This document shows positions 18,801 to 28,601 of a stretch of DNA of 64,000 bases, one piece after another. Under the pieces are notes generated by a model. It did no database searches. It saw only the letters and a list, made by a program, of their open reading frames with translations, and was not told where the DNA came from. The first letter of the stretch is position 1; each line of letters starts with the position of its first letter. The stretch is taken from positions 3,008,001-3,072,000 of the forward strand of contig OZ242180.1 of assembly GCA_965205485.1 (NCBI GenBank), in the 5' to 3' direction. The position numbers and the translations under genes are program-made. The DNA is from Candidatus Latescibacterota bacterium (GTDB taxonomy: Bacteria > Latescibacterota > UBA2968 > GCA-2709665).

Positions 18801-19626
18801 GGAATACGCCGAGTCGCCATTTGACTTCTACTATACATTGGCTGACTTCAAAGGACCGGACGGCAATAGCGCTTTGGAGATCTACTACGGGATTCCGTGC
18901 GCCTCGACAAACTACCTGCCCGAACATAATGTCACGCAGGTGGCCGTCCGCCGGCAACTGGCGCTGCTCTCGCCCAATTCGGAAAAAGTCTACCGGAAGA
19001 CTGCAGAGATGTTTTACAAGCAGCCTGGTAATCGAACAGGCCCCGACGTGGTCCTCCCGGACGTGGTCAGACTGGAAGTGCCACCCGGCGTGTACAGGTT
19101 GGAAGTGAAGGCCAGGGACCGGATGACGGGTCGGCTTGGGATATACCGCCAGCAGGTCGTGGTCGAGTCCTACCATCGGGAGGGTCTCCGCGTGAGCGAC
19201 CTCGAGTTGGCGTACAGGGTCAGCGATGCCGCCGCCGATCCTGGAAAATTCGGAAAAAACGGTCTGAACGTGATACCGATGCCGTCCCGAACATTCGGGA
19301 CCGGGCAGAATGTGTTTGTCTATTACGAGATATACAACTTGAAGCGTGATGAGTTCGGCCAGACCCAGTACCGTGTCGAGTACACGATGGGGCCGAAGGC
19401 GGGCGGCGTACTGTCGAGGCTGGCGCAGACGCTTACGGGGAAGTCGAAAAAGCAGGGTGTGGCAATCGGATATGAACAACTTGGCGTGCAGGAGTCTGAA
19501 GTGGCATATACGGAACTGGAATTGGGAGAGGCACGATCGGGACGGCACTACCTGAACGTGAGGGTCACGGATTTAAACAGTGGAAGATCTTTCGAAAAGG
19601 AAACCACGTTTGTCGTTCAGAAATAA
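15877..19626 (+). CDS. Large GWxTD-domain protein with TPR repeats and extended N-terminus
   Basis: Signal peptide, TPR array (AHLKLGYAFL…, YYGLGLVL…, AYLLMGDWY), FWNVRDPD…NERLLEHYRRV…PWDRRGEVYIRFGDPD. Paralogous to 5179-7578. Confidence 0.82.
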   Translation: MLRFLAITAAFLGLSTGASAVPPAVNSPEGDRVVWLIPSGKPMVLLTQIWMGRADGTMPIRTGIYLGPPGDVGFLPGGGLVYLERTLDHVAFGTTPLGRLTSDSRRQRRLPLARNRIWRIDASGESRWPLPGEMDPIDLAVAPDGSRLAVTDREGLWLVDAFGRARILVRGHVRGPLEWSQGADAVAAVVEGESSYVGMDGAEVPAWSSSSNQGGAKPPKPAQENEIDAAMLMVHQALNWWVRGHHAMHRGEYRSARDAYRESVSGFKEIRKTYTPLGLSRGSCQGYIDTIRRRIKNDEALKEAVCSERLLVVGDLIAEFNSARANETRAGLGGLLSWASAELKERRLDASSRARDLAQLRHLFQCPATDEPHMPEIGYFFRPAVHAAGPVLTCYWHRGRVQYLLGSPGGFAVEAQNIPRARVDSLFDLGVARLNRNEVDQAIFPLRVVAHQRPRNKDAHLKLGYAFLEDKYYRGAKWAFRKAAALPGNDPEPYYGLGLVLMELHNERYQAITYFRKALMRDRDFVDAQYKIALVRYMLNEHDVKPELDRVLKTDPEYADAYLLMGDWYANFMEDYEEAIVWYTRYLAMRPADQKVGRRLGHAYLRVKDYDRILEKVQAFTDEYPDAIELMPIVAQACAKRNKYDMAMGFFSTYISRLKQDQRALYDDIGLIASPEEIAEYEQTSGELRTAFLERFWNVRDPDIGTSVNERLLEHYRRVWYASLEFSDGKQPWDRRGEVYIRFGDPDHVTSSRNVNFRHPLPVLRVKERLARQLYGAEAIGASFMGPVFPLRNFALERDILGFESAAADLGIEGERDAFTGGDPDGSDSNLRQMTTSEGSRDGGSSSDRNDTERSSTAGTIGAAGDIGQSELASTVTGPLPSRINTEIFAGSGFSPVLSAGADHGSTPWESWIYLNIDGGIEITFTDEFNSQVFDFAPVPDAPDLGIEQVTKFRRFSPAMVFKQAVALTPDTFTPEYAESPFDFYYTLADFKGPDGNSALEIYYGIPCASTNYLPEHNVTQVAVRRQLALLSPNSEKVYRKTAEMFYKQPGNRTGPDVVLPDVVRLEVPPGVYRLEVKARDRMTGRLGIYRQQVVVESYHREGLRVSDLELAYRVSDAAADPGKFGKNGLNVIPMPSRTFGTGQNVFVYYEIYNLKRDEFGQTQYRVEYTMGPKAGGVLSRLAQTLTGKSKKQGVAIGYEQLGVQESEVAYTELELGEARSGRHYLNVRVTDLNSGRSFEKETTFVVQK

Positions 19627-19683
19627 CTCGTCGCCAGGAAGCGGACGAGGTACGGAAAGACGCCGGTGAAGGAGAATGGGCAC

Positions 19684-20826
19684 ATGACGCGTGTGTTACT
19701 CTATTTTCCACTCTTTTTCGTCCTTGCATTTAGCCCGGAGCGTGCGTGGGCGGAGAGGGTCACCATAGAAGACGTGGACTTCGACGGCAATGGAACCATC
19801 GATCTGACCGATTTTGTCCTGTTCGCACGGGCGTATCAGTCGGACGACCCGTTATACGATCTGGACGGCAGTCGCGCGGTGGACCTGCCCGACTTTGTGA
19901 TCTTCGCGTCATTTTTCGGACAGAACGTGGTCGATGGGCCGGTCATTCCGATCCTTAAGCATGTACTCCTCGAGGTCGCGGCCGGAGATTTCATCATGGG
20001 TACCAGTCAGGGAGGGTTGCCGCCGGACGGTCCGGAGCACGTCGTCTACCTGGACGCGTTCAAGATCGACAAGTACGAGGTGAACAACGCACAGTATATC
20101 GCCTTTCTGAACGACAGGAACCGGAACACCAGAACGGTGGGCCGCACGGCGCCCTGGCAGACGGACGAGGATATCGCGTACGAGAACGCGGTGAATCGCA
20201 ACCGGGACCCGGATGACAACGTGCTCTACAATCTGGAATCGAGAAGGGCCGACATCCGGATATCGATAGACGTTCTGGCCGGACGCGAAGGGGACGATGA
20301 TGAAGAAAGCGAGGACCTGGGGCGCACCATCAAGGATGAGTACGTGCTGAAGGCATTCTACCTCGCCAACCGGGCGGTGACGAACGTGACGTGGTACGGC
20401 GCAAAGGCGTACTGCGAATGGGCAGGAATGCGCCTTCCCACGGAAGCGGAGTGGGAGAAGGCGGCGCGAGGGACGGACGAGCGGCCCTACCCCTGGGGTA
20501 CGGCTACGCCCACTCCTGAACTCGCGAATATCGACCATTATGTAGGGCGTACGGTGGACGTGGACAGCCACCCGAAAGGCGTAAGCCCATACGGGGCGCA
20601 TCATATGTCAGGAAATGCCTGGGAATGGTGCGAGGACTGGTTCGACCCCTTTTATTATCGTGATTCTCCAAGAGAAAACCCCAAAGGCGGTGAGACGGGC
20701 GCAAACCGGGTATTGCGGGGAGGGTCGTGGGCATTCACTGACCTTGCCGACACGACGACTCGATGGTTTGAGCCGCCTTTTCTTGCGGATGAACAGGGTG
20801 GATTTCGTTGTGCGAGTGATTTCTGA
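19684..20826 (+). CDS. Secreted FGE-sulfatase (SUMF1-like) domain protein with N-terminal dockerin-like Ca-binding repeat
   Basis: [17 protein letters not shown]…[21 protein letters not shown], then [44 protein letters not shown]. Confidence 0.85.
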   Translation: MTRVLLYFPLFFVLAFSPERAWAERVTIEDVDFDGNGTIDLTDFVLFARAYQSDDPLYDLDGSRAVDLPDFVIFASFFGQNVVDGPVIPILKHVLLEVAAGDFIMGTSQGGLPPDGPEHVVYLDAFKIDKYEVNNAQYIAFLNDRNRNTRTVGRTAPWQTDEDIAYENAVNRNRDPDDNVLYNLESRRADIRISIDVLAGREGDDDEESEDLGRTIKDEYVLKAFYLANRAVTNVTWYGAKAYCEWAGMRLPTEAEWEKAARGTDERPYPWGTATPTPELANIDHYVGRTVDVDSHPKGVSPYGAHHMSGNAWEWCEDWFDPFYYRDSPRENPKGGETGANRVLRGGSWAFTDLADTTTRWFEPPFLADEQGGFRCASDF

Positions 20827-20914
20827 CGTTCCTGACGTGCGGCGGCAATCGACGCCGGTAATGGGAGGAACCGGAAGGCCGGTCAAAAGGGACCAGGTGT
20901 GAGGGTAAGCGAAG

Positions 20915-22157
20915 ATGCCGATTGGAACTGATGGTGTGTGGCGGTGCAGCAAATGGTTTGTCTTCGGATTGCTTGCCAGTTTTCTGACGGCGTGCGGTGA
21001 CGACAACCCGATTGAATCCGACGACGACGAGGAACCGGTTGCGCCGCCTTCGCTATGTTCGGATACGGTGGGGACGATATGCACCTGGGCGGGTACCGGT
21101 GACGCGGGTTGGGACGGCGACGGAAACGTATTGCTGCTGTCCACCTTCTACTGGCCGGTCGAAGTCATGGTCACGCACGAGGGCCGGGTCTACGTTCTGG
21201 ATTGGAACAACCATCGCGTGCGCCGTGCGGCCATAGGCGACAGCACGCTGGAGACGGCGATCGGCAGCGGGCTGATGGGCGACGGATCCTACGCGCAATC
21301 CGAGCGTATCCCGCCGGGTGCGCCCGGGAGATCCGTCAATCTGAGTCATCCCACCCATCTGGTGCAGCTTTCCGGCGGGGCCTATCTGCTCACGGCCTGG
21401 CGAAACCACAAGCTGCGGATTTTCGATCCCGTCAGTGGCAGGGTACGGGTATTTCTGGGTGACACGCCGGGGTTTTCCGGCGACGGCAGTGCCGCGGAGG
21501 ACGCTCTCCTGAACCATCCTTCGCAGACGGTGCTTGCTCCCGACAACACGCTCTATGTCCTGGATCAGCGCAACCTGCGGGTAAGGAAGATCGATGCCGG
21601 CAGCGTCATTACCACGGTGGTGGGAACGGGCACGGCCGGATTCAGCGGAGACGGCGGTCCTCCGCGTCTGGCGCAGCTGAACCTCCCTGCGGGCAACAAT
21701 CCGCGGCCGGCGGGCGGATTGGCTCTGGGGCCCGATGGAAATCTCTATATTTCCGACACGCTCAACCAGCGGATTCGGCGCGTGGACTTCGAAAGGGACC
21801 GGATCGACACCGTCGCGGGCACGGGCGCAGCCGGTTTCAGCGGGGACGGAGGTCCGGCCACGCAGGCGAACTTGAACAACCCGCGTGACCTTCAGTTCGG
21901 TCCCGATGGGCGGCTGTACATCGCCGATGAGATGAACCATCGCATCCGGGCGATCGATCTGGCTTCCGGAGTCATCGCGACGGTGGCCGGCAACGGGCAA
22001 CCGGGATTCAGCGGCGACGGCGGTCCGGCGCAGGTCCGCCACATTGAACCGGCCGGCCGGCGTCGCGTTTGATGAGGCAAACGGACTCCTCTACATAGCC
22101 GATACGTACAACCATCGTATCAGGCTGGTAACGCTCTCGGCATCGGGAAGTCCGTGA
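20915..22157 (+). CDS. NHL-repeat (beta-propeller) lipoprotein, +1 frameshift near 22031-22037
   Basis: Lipobox LTAC and repeated GFSGDGGPA…LNxP…LYIAD..NHRIR units. The last repeat continues in the next frame (ATLNRPAGVAFDEANGLLYIADTYNHRIRLV) to TGA at 22155-22157. Confidence 0.8.
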
Positions 22158-22181
22158 GAAGCACGGTACGAATAGACGCAC

Positions 22182-23678
22182 GTGGCTGATGGACTGGAGG
22201 CGAGGGGGACCATCTTGCCGGACCAACCCAATTTTCTGGTGATCATGTCGGACCAGCACAACCGCAGGTATATGGGTTGTGCCGGGGATCCAATCGCCCG
22301 AACGCCAAACCTGGATGCGCTGGCGGGGCGGGGCGTGCTCTTCGAAAATACCTATTGCGGTGCGCCGCTTTGCGTGCCGTCGCGGATGACTTTTCTTACG
22401 GGACGTAATGCGTCTGATATCGAGGTCTGGTCCAATGCCTGTTTTCTGAGGTCGGACATTCCCACCTTCGCACACGGTCTGGGGCTGGCGGGATACGCGA
22501 CGGTCCTTGGCGGCAGGATGCACTTTGTCGGACCGGACCAGCTTCACGGATTCGAAAAGCGCATCATTGGAGATGTATCGGGTCCGTTGCCGGGAGGTCC
22601 GGGTCCCGATCTGGGTCATATTCCCACAGGTACGACCGGGCAGTCCCGTCAATCGGTCGAGATTTCCGGACCGGGACGCACGGCCTACCAGGCTTACGAC
22701 GTGGCGGTGACCGAGGCCTGTTGTGAGTTCCTTGAGAGCCGCGACAGGACTGGCGCCGAGCGACCGTTTTGCCTCGTAACGGGCTATGTGCTGCCGCATT
22801 GCCCGTTTATCTGTCCCGGAGATTTATACGAGGAATATCACCATCGGGTGGAGCTTCCGGCCGTTCCCGAAAGCTACCTGGATGAGCTGCATCCGGCAAT
22901 GCGTCTCTGGCGCGAGAAGCGCGGGGTCAACGGATTGAGCGACGACGCGGTGCGGCGGGCACGCGCGGCCTACTACGGCCTCGTCACGTTCCTGGATGGT
23001 CTGATCGGACGGTTGCTGGAGACGCTGGCTTCAACGTCGTTCGCGGACAACACCGCGGTGATCTATCTCTCGGACCATGGGGAGATGGCAGGTGAACACG
23101 GGATGTGGTGGAAGAGCAGTTTTTACGAGGGATCCGCCGGCGTGCCGATGATTGCGTCGTTTCCGGGGCGATTCGAAGAGGGCCGGCGCGTGGACGCCGT
23201 GACAAGCCTGCTGGACGTCGGACCCACGCTGATTGACCTGGCCGGCGGAGATCCGCTGCCGGAGGTTGCCGGCCGCAGCCTGAGGTGTTTCCTTGAGGGC
23301 GACGGACGTGCGCCGGGTTGGTCGAATGAGGTGTTTTCCGAGAACTACAGCGGCGCCGACGAACCGCCGGGGCGGATGGTCCGCCGGGGACCATGGAAGT
23401 TGAACTACTACCATGGATTCGACGAACCGCAGTTGTTCAATTTAGACGACGATCCCCATGAATTCAACGACCTGGCGGGAGATACACGTTGTGCGGAAGT
23501 GAAGGGGGCGCTTCTGGATCGGGTCCGGGAGGGATGGCGCGGGGAAGCAATCGGGCCGACGCTGCGACGACGGGCCGAGGGGCGGCGGGTGTTGCGGCGA
23601 TGGGCCGGTGCGGTAGACCACGATCTGTCGGATTACTGGAAGGCGCCTCCGGGGTGTAACGTATTCCCTGAAGCATGA
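22182..23678 (+). CDS. Cys-type sulfatase (choline-sulfatase-like)
   Basis: PNFLVIMSDQH, TPNLDALA, LCVPSRMTFLTG (CxPxR), SDHGEMAGEHGMWWK, LFNLDDDPHE. Confidence 0.92.
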   Translation: MADGLEARGTILPDQPNFLVIMSDQHNRRYMGCAGDPIARTPNLDALAGRGVLFENTYCGAPLCVPSRMTFLTGRNASDIEVWSNACFLRSDIPTFAHGLGLAGYATVLGGRMHFVGPDQLHGFEKRIIGDVSGPLPGGPGPDLGHIPTGTTGQSRQSVEISGPGRTAYQAYDVAVTEACCEFLESRDRTGAERPFCLVTGYVLPHCPFICPGDLYEEYHHRVELPAVPESYLDELHPAMRLWREKRGVNGLSDDAVRRARAAYYGLVTFLDGLIGRLLETLASTSFADNTAVIYLSDHGEMAGEHGMWWKSSFYEGSAGVPMIASFPGRFEEGRRVDAVTSLLDVGPTLIDLAGGDPLPEVAGRSLRCFLEGDGRAPGWSNEVFSENYSGADEPPGRMVRRGPWKLNYYHGFDEPQLFNLDDDPHEFNDLAGDTRCAEVKGALLDRVREGWRGEAIGPTLRRRAEGRRVLRRWAGAVDHDLSDYWKAPPGCNVFPEA

Positions 23679-23789
23679 GTTGCGGAACTCGCTGATTGAT
23701 CCACGGGCCCTGCCGGGAGGCTGTTTCAATGAATGCAGCGTGCCCGTGCAGGGCGGTTTTCTGCCGGTTGAACGACCTCGATCCCCCTT

Positions 23790-23862
23790 TTTCGCACCGT
23801 CACCTTCTGTGCCTTTTGTGCTTTTTGTGGCAAATTATCGGTTGTCTTTTTTCGAACTGAGG
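23790..23862. repeat. Dispersed repeat D, copy 2
   Basis: Similar to 12069-12142. Followed by TTAG and an inverted look-alike end CCTCAATCTGAAAAAAAC. Confidence 0.7.
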
Positions 23863-24057
23863 TTAGCCTCAATCTGAAAAAAACAGCAACGCGGCGACAC
23901 GATAAAACCCTCCGAAACGGGGCGCTATCGACGTAAAGAAGGACGTTTATTCCCTTCACGTCCAGTGACCTGGTGTATCCTGATAATCAGCAGTCTAATC
24001 TCCTTTATTTACAATCACATATTCGAATTAACGTCCCCGAAGACTTACGAATCAAGG

Positions 24058-25788
24058 TTAGTCTTCCAAAACGGGCAGGACGACGTACGACGGCCGTTCT
24101 GCGTCGTGGAAGACGGTGTTGACGGCGACTTGGCCGGTGACTTCTTCGCCGAAGGGCCCGCCCGTGTTCAGGTTTCGATCGTATCGGGGGAAATCGCTGC
24201 TTGTGATCTCTATGCGCAGGCGGTGCCCGGATTGGAACACCTGTGCCGTGGCGGACATGTCGATCTCAAACCTGTAGATCCTGCCTGGCGTCAGCAACTC
24301 GGGGTGTTGCAGCGAGTCACGGAATCGCGCCCTGAGGATGCCGTCGCAGACGGGCATGGAACGACCGTCCGGCCAGACGTCGCACAGCCGGACCACCCAG
24401 TCCGTATCCGGGGCTGAGGACAGGGCGTGCAGGATGGCTTTGACGGGTCCGATGACGGTCAGGTCTCGCTTCAGTACCGCCGAAGTATAGGTGAGCATCC
24501 CTCCTTCAAGGTGCCGGTGGTCCACCGGACCCAGCGTGGGATAGAAGCGCAGCCCGGGCATGGGTTCGCTCGGATCGTACTCAAAGCTGTCTGGATGTTC
24601 GGCGCTATCGGGCGGATCGAAGGCCAGCCCGCCGTTGTTGAGCGAATTTTCGTCTTTGCCGGAACCCTCCCGCAAATACGCGGATCGGTACGTAATGCCC
24701 GGCGGCGGCCAGTCGTCCAGGTCCATCCACTGGTTATTTCCCATCAGGAAAATGCGTACCGGCGGACCGTCCATGGCTCCGTTGTCCATTCCCTTCAGCC
24801 AGTAATCGTACCACTGCAGACGGTGCGCGTTCATGTCGAACGCTGCCTGCGGGCCGAAGTCGAGTTCGCCGACCACACGCCTGGCGGCGTTGCCCGGACC
24901 GTGGATCCAGGGACCGATCAGCAATCGTTGGCCTTGCCGGCAAGCCCGTGTTCGACCGCTTTTTCGGGTTCCCTGGAAGGACTGCAGCGTACCGTCCAGG
25001 AAGACGTCGAACCACGCGCCGAAATGAAGCATGGGCGTGTCGATATCGCCGAATTTCGACGCGATGTTCGTGGGCCACCAGTAGGGACCGTCTTCGGGGT
25101 GGTCCAGGTATTCGAAGTACCAGTCGAGCAGACCCTCCAGGGGTGGGAATGACTTCAACGGAAGATGCTTTTCCCAGTCTTGGTATTCGTCCAATGCCGC
25201 TGCAAGGCGGGCCCTCGCGGCATCCACACCCGGTGGCGCGCTTTCGTGTTCCAACTGGGCCAGCAGCGTCTGCATCGCCCATTTCTGGAAGGGCAGTGAG
25301 AAGGCGCCGTAACGGTACCAGAAACCGCTGTAATAGTCTGCTCCGCCCTGCCGAACGTAGAGCGCCTTCAGGTGCGGCGGCCGGGTCGGGGCGACCATAT
25401 ACTGAGAGAATCCGGAATAGGAGCCGTCAGCCATACCCACGCGGCCATTGGACCACGATTGAACACCTGCCCATTCAATCGTGTCGTATCCGTCACGGTT
25501 GGCGCCCCAGCCGTCGTCCCGGAACGGTTGCCACTCGCCTTCGGAGGCAAACGTGCCTCGCACGTTCTGTCCGACGAAGACGTATCCCCGGCTCGCGAAG
25601 AACTCGCCGTTCGACGTGCAACGGCCGACGAGTTCGTACGCGACCCGTTCCACGATGACAGGATGTCGACCGCCGTCGTCGGGCCGGTAGACGTCGGCTG
25701 GCAGGACGACGCCGTCTCGCATTCTTATGGGTATATTGCGTTCTACGCGTACAGAATGTCGTGGTTCGGACAGCACTGTTTCAGGCAT
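24058..25788 (-). CDS. CocE/NonD-family serine hydrolase
   Basis: IPIRMRDGVVL, RGTFASEG, DGYDTIEW, GSYSG nucleophile elbow, GAWFD, IGPWIH, C-terminal SSDFPRYDRNLNTG. Confidence 0.92.
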   Translation of the reverse strand: MPETVLSEPRHSVRVERNIPIRMRDGVVLPADVYRPDDGGRHPVIVERVAYELVGRCTSNGEFFASRGYVFVGQNVRGTFASEGEWQPFRDDGWGANRDGYDTIEWAGVQSWSNGRVGMADGSYSGFSQYMVAPTRPPHLKALYVRQGGADYYSGFWYRYGAFSLPFQKWAMQTLLAQLEHESAPPGVDAARARLAAALDEYQDWEKHLPLKSFPPLEGLLDWYFEYLDHPEDGPYWWPTNIASKFGDIDTPMLHFGAWFDVFLDGTLQSFQGTRKSGRTRACRQGQRLLIGPWIHGPGNAARRVVGELDFGPQAAFDMNAHRLQWYDYWLKGMDNGAMDGPPVRIFLMGNNQWMDLDDWPPPGITYRSAYLREGSGKDENSLNNGGLAFDPPDSAEHPDSFEYDPSEPMPGLRFYPTLGPVDHRHLEGGMLTYTSAVLKRDLTVIGPVKAILHALSSAPDTDWVVRLCDVWPDGRSMPVCDGILRARFRDSLQHPELLTPGRIYRFEIDMSATAQVFQSGHRLRIEITSSDFPRYDRNLNTGGPFGEEVTGQVAVNTVFHDAERPSYVVLPVLED

Positions 25789-25852
25789 GAGTTTCTCCTG
25801 TTCGGGATTGCTTCGCTACCTGCAGGTCTGCCATCGGGATAGCAGCGAATCT

Positions 25853-27019
25853 TCATCGATGTTCAATATATCGACAGAAGCGATCCATTGCCGGTTCCAA
25901 TACGGATGGGTCCGACGCGCAGCAGAGCCGAACCGAACCTTCGCCGCCTGCGCCGAAAGCGATGCCTGGCGCAACCGATACCCTTCGTCGATTGAGCAGT
26001 TCAAGCGCGAACGCAAACGAATCGCTGACGCCCTCGATGCTGGGAAAGAGATAGAAGGCGCCCTCGGGCGGACTGACTGACACGCCCGCTATCGAATTCA
26101 AGGCATCGTAACAGTAAGAAATCCTCTTGTGATAGGTATCGACCATATCGTGAACATTCGACTCTCTGTGGCGAAGCGCAATCTCACCCGCCCGCTGAAC
26201 CATCGCGGGGGCGTGTGATACGATGAATTCGTTGAGTTGAGCGGCCCTGTCAACCAGGTCCGGGCGCGAGACCACCCAGCCCAGGCGCCACCCGGTCATT
26301 CGATAGGTCTTGGAGAAGGATTGCACGACGATTACGGCGTCGTTTCGGTCGCACAGCCGCAGAATGGACGGGGCGACGGGTCCGTTGTAGTAGATGTGCT
26401 CGTAGACTTCGTCCGCGAGAAGCCAGAGGTCGTTGCGGCGGCAGAAATCGAGAAGTTTCCGCTGTGCGTCTATCGAGGCGACCCAGCCCAGCGGGTTGGA
26501 TGGCGAAGTATAGGCGAGCAGCTTTGTTTTCGGGCCGAGTGCGGATGCCAGCGCGTCGAAGTCGATCGTGTGACGACCCCCGTCTTTGATAAACGGAATC
26601 TCAACGGCGTTGCCGCCAAAGAGGTTGACGATGGCTGCCGCATTGGGCCAATTCGGCGTGAGAATGATGGCTTCGTCACCAGGATCGATCACGCAGCGGA
26701 TTGAGACGTTCAGGGCCTGGACGCCCGATGCGGTAATGAGGATCTCGCCGGGCGCGAGGGTCACGCCGTGGATATCGGCGTATCTTTCGGCCAGGGCCTC
26801 CCGAAGTCCGGGCAGGCCGGCGTTTTCGGTATAAAACGTGTATCCTTCGTCCAATGCCTGAACGGCCGCGTCCTTGATGTATCGGGGCGTGGGCAGATCG
26901 GATTCGCCGAAGTGCATTTTGTAGACGCCGTCCATGCCGAAAGCGACGTCGGCCAGCTCGCGGATGCGCGACGGCTCGACGTTGGTTAGCGTTGCGGCTA
27001 AAGGGATTGTATGGGCCAT
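25853..27019 (-). CDS. Class I/II PLP aminotransferase (aspartate aminotransferase-like)
   Basis: YTENAGLPGLREA, SPSNPLG, LLADEVY, SFSKTYRMTGWRLG, PEGAFYLF. Confidence 0.92.
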   Translation of the reverse strand: MAHTIPLAATLTNVEPSRIRELADVAFGMDGVYKMHFGESDLPTPRYIKDAAVQALDEGYTFYTENAGLPGLREALAERYADIHGVTLAPGEILITASGVQALNVSIRCVIDPGDEAIILTPNWPNAAAIVNLFGGNAVEIPFIKDGGRHTIDFDALASALGPKTKLLAYTSPSNPLGWVASIDAQRKLLDFCRRNDLWLLADEVYEHIYYNGPVAPSILRLCDRNDAVIVVQSFSKTYRMTGWRLGWVVSRPDLVDRAAQLNEFIVSHAPAMVQRAGEIALRHRESNVHDMVDTYHKRISYCYDALNSIAGVSVSPPEGAFYLFPSIEGVSDSFAFALELLNRRRVSVAPGIAFGAGGEGSVRLCCASDPSVLEPAMDRFCRYIEHR

Positions 27020-27422
27020 GGCTCTTGGAAGGGTTGGAAGGTGTCCGGCTGCGCTTATGGGACTCGACCGGCTTATCGGCATTCCTTCGCAATGTCTGCT
27101 TGCATAGGATCGGGCTTCGCAGTATCATAACCTTCGCGCCGTGGCGTGAGCCCCGCTCAGTGTTCCGAAACGGAACGCCAGGCCAGGATTCCGTTTCAGG
27201 AAGGCAGGCGCGCGACGAACCTCAGCCGAAATCAGTAATGGCCATTCCTACAAAGAATCATGACAGCAGGTGACAAAGATAGGGAATCAAACGGGGGAAT
27301 TCAATCCCAGACCGGCGCCCTGCGTCGAAATGCGGGCCATGGAATCTCGCGAAAGGGAATCGCTGATCCGTGTCTGAGTCGGATACATTCACAATGGAAG
27401 CCATTCGGCGGGAGATGAGGGT

Positions 27423-28460
27423 ATGAGGGGCGTCGTCTATCTCGGAGAGAGCGAGGTGGAAGTCAGAGACTTTGATCGGCCGGAACCCGGGCCCGGTCAG
27501 GTGGTCATCGAAATGAAGGTCGCGGGGCTTTGTGGGAGCGATCTCCATAAGTACCACAGCAGCCGGGAGTGGGCGAAGGAGCGGAAGGGCATGATTTCCG
27601 GGCACGAACCGGCGGGGGTCGTGGCCGAGGTCGGAACGGACGTTGCAAATCTGTCCGAGGGCGACAGAGTCTGTGTCTATCACACGGTCGGGTGCAATCA
27701 TTGCGCGGTCTGTCTCTCCGGAACGCCGGTGTTCTGTCCGGAACAGGGCGCATTCGGCAGGACTCGCGACGGGTCCCACGCGGATTTCATGGTCACGGAG
27801 GCTCGGTACTGCATGCCGCTGCCCGATGGTGTCTCTTTTGCGGTCGGTACGCAACTTGCCTGTACCGCGGGGACGGCCTTTTCCGCCGTGAACAAGGTAT
27901 CGAAACGTCATGGAGATCCGCTTGTTGTGTTCGGGTTGGGTCCGGTGGGATTGACGACGCTTCTGATGGGCGAGGCGATGGGATACAGGACGCTGGGCGT
28001 GGACATAAATCGCTTCAGGATTGACCTCGCGGCCCGTATCGGCGGCGGGGTTGTGATCAACGCGGAAGAGAACGACCCGGTTGAGACAGTCAGGGATCTT
28101 ACTGGCGGACAAGGAGCGGCCGGGGTCGTGGAGTGCTCGGGGAGCGGCATCGCGCGCGCGCAGGCGGCGGCGGTCGCGGGTCTGCACGGAACGGTGGTCT
28201 ACGTGGGCGCGGGCGCGGCGTCGCTCGAGATCGATTTTGTGGATATCCTTCGAAAGGAGCTCACGCTCAGGGGCAATTCCGTGTATTCGATGGGCGCCTA
28301 TTTCGATGCCGTTGCTTTTCTGCAGACCCACCCGGTGCCGCTGGACGAGATTGTGACCCATCGTTTTCACATTGAACAGGCGAAAGAGGCATTTGAAATC
28401 TTCGATAGCGGAGAGACGGGAAAAGTGATCTTCGAATGGGAAGGCGGAGAAGGTTCGTAA
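27423..28460 (+). CDS. Zinc-dependent medium-chain alcohol dehydrogenase
   Basis: GLCGSDLH, GHEPAGVV, structural Zn CNHCAVC…C, GLGPVG, GKVIF. Confidence 0.93.
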   Translation: MRGVVYLGESEVEVRDFDRPEPGPGQVVIEMKVAGLCGSDLHKYHSSREWAKERKGMISGHEPAGVVAEVGTDVANLSEGDRVCVYHTVGCNHCAVCLSGTPVFCPEQGAFGRTRDGSHADFMVTEARYCMPLPDGVSFAVGTQLACTAGTAFSAVNKVSKRHGDPLVVFGLGPVGLTTLLMGEAMGYRTLGVDINRFRIDLAARIGGGVVINAEENDPVETVRDLTGGQGAAGVVECSGSGIARAQAAAVAGLHGTVVYVGAGAASLEIDFVDILRKELTLRGNSVYSMGAYFDAVAFLQTHPVPLDEIVTHRFHIEQAKEAFEIFDSGETGKVIFEWEGGEGS

Positions 28461-28601
28461 GGACCGCTGTGCGGGGACATCCTGCAAGGGATTTTCCCCT
28501 GTGATGCATTAACGCACACGGATATCGAACTGTTGCGGGACCGCAGGCGGTTTGATCCATAGGAATTGGAGTCCGGTAGAGCAGAAATGGAGGAACGGAA
28601 A

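Noticed and set aside
19684..20826. FGE/C-type-lectin domain as a diversity-generating retroelement target
   Set aside because: No reverse transcriptase and no adenine-variant template repeat of the 3' end were seen in this window.
27100..27420. Possible structured RNA or third repeat-D copy in the divergent intergenic region
   Set aside because: Only one imperfect hairpin and an 8-nt match (AACCTCAG); too weak to call.
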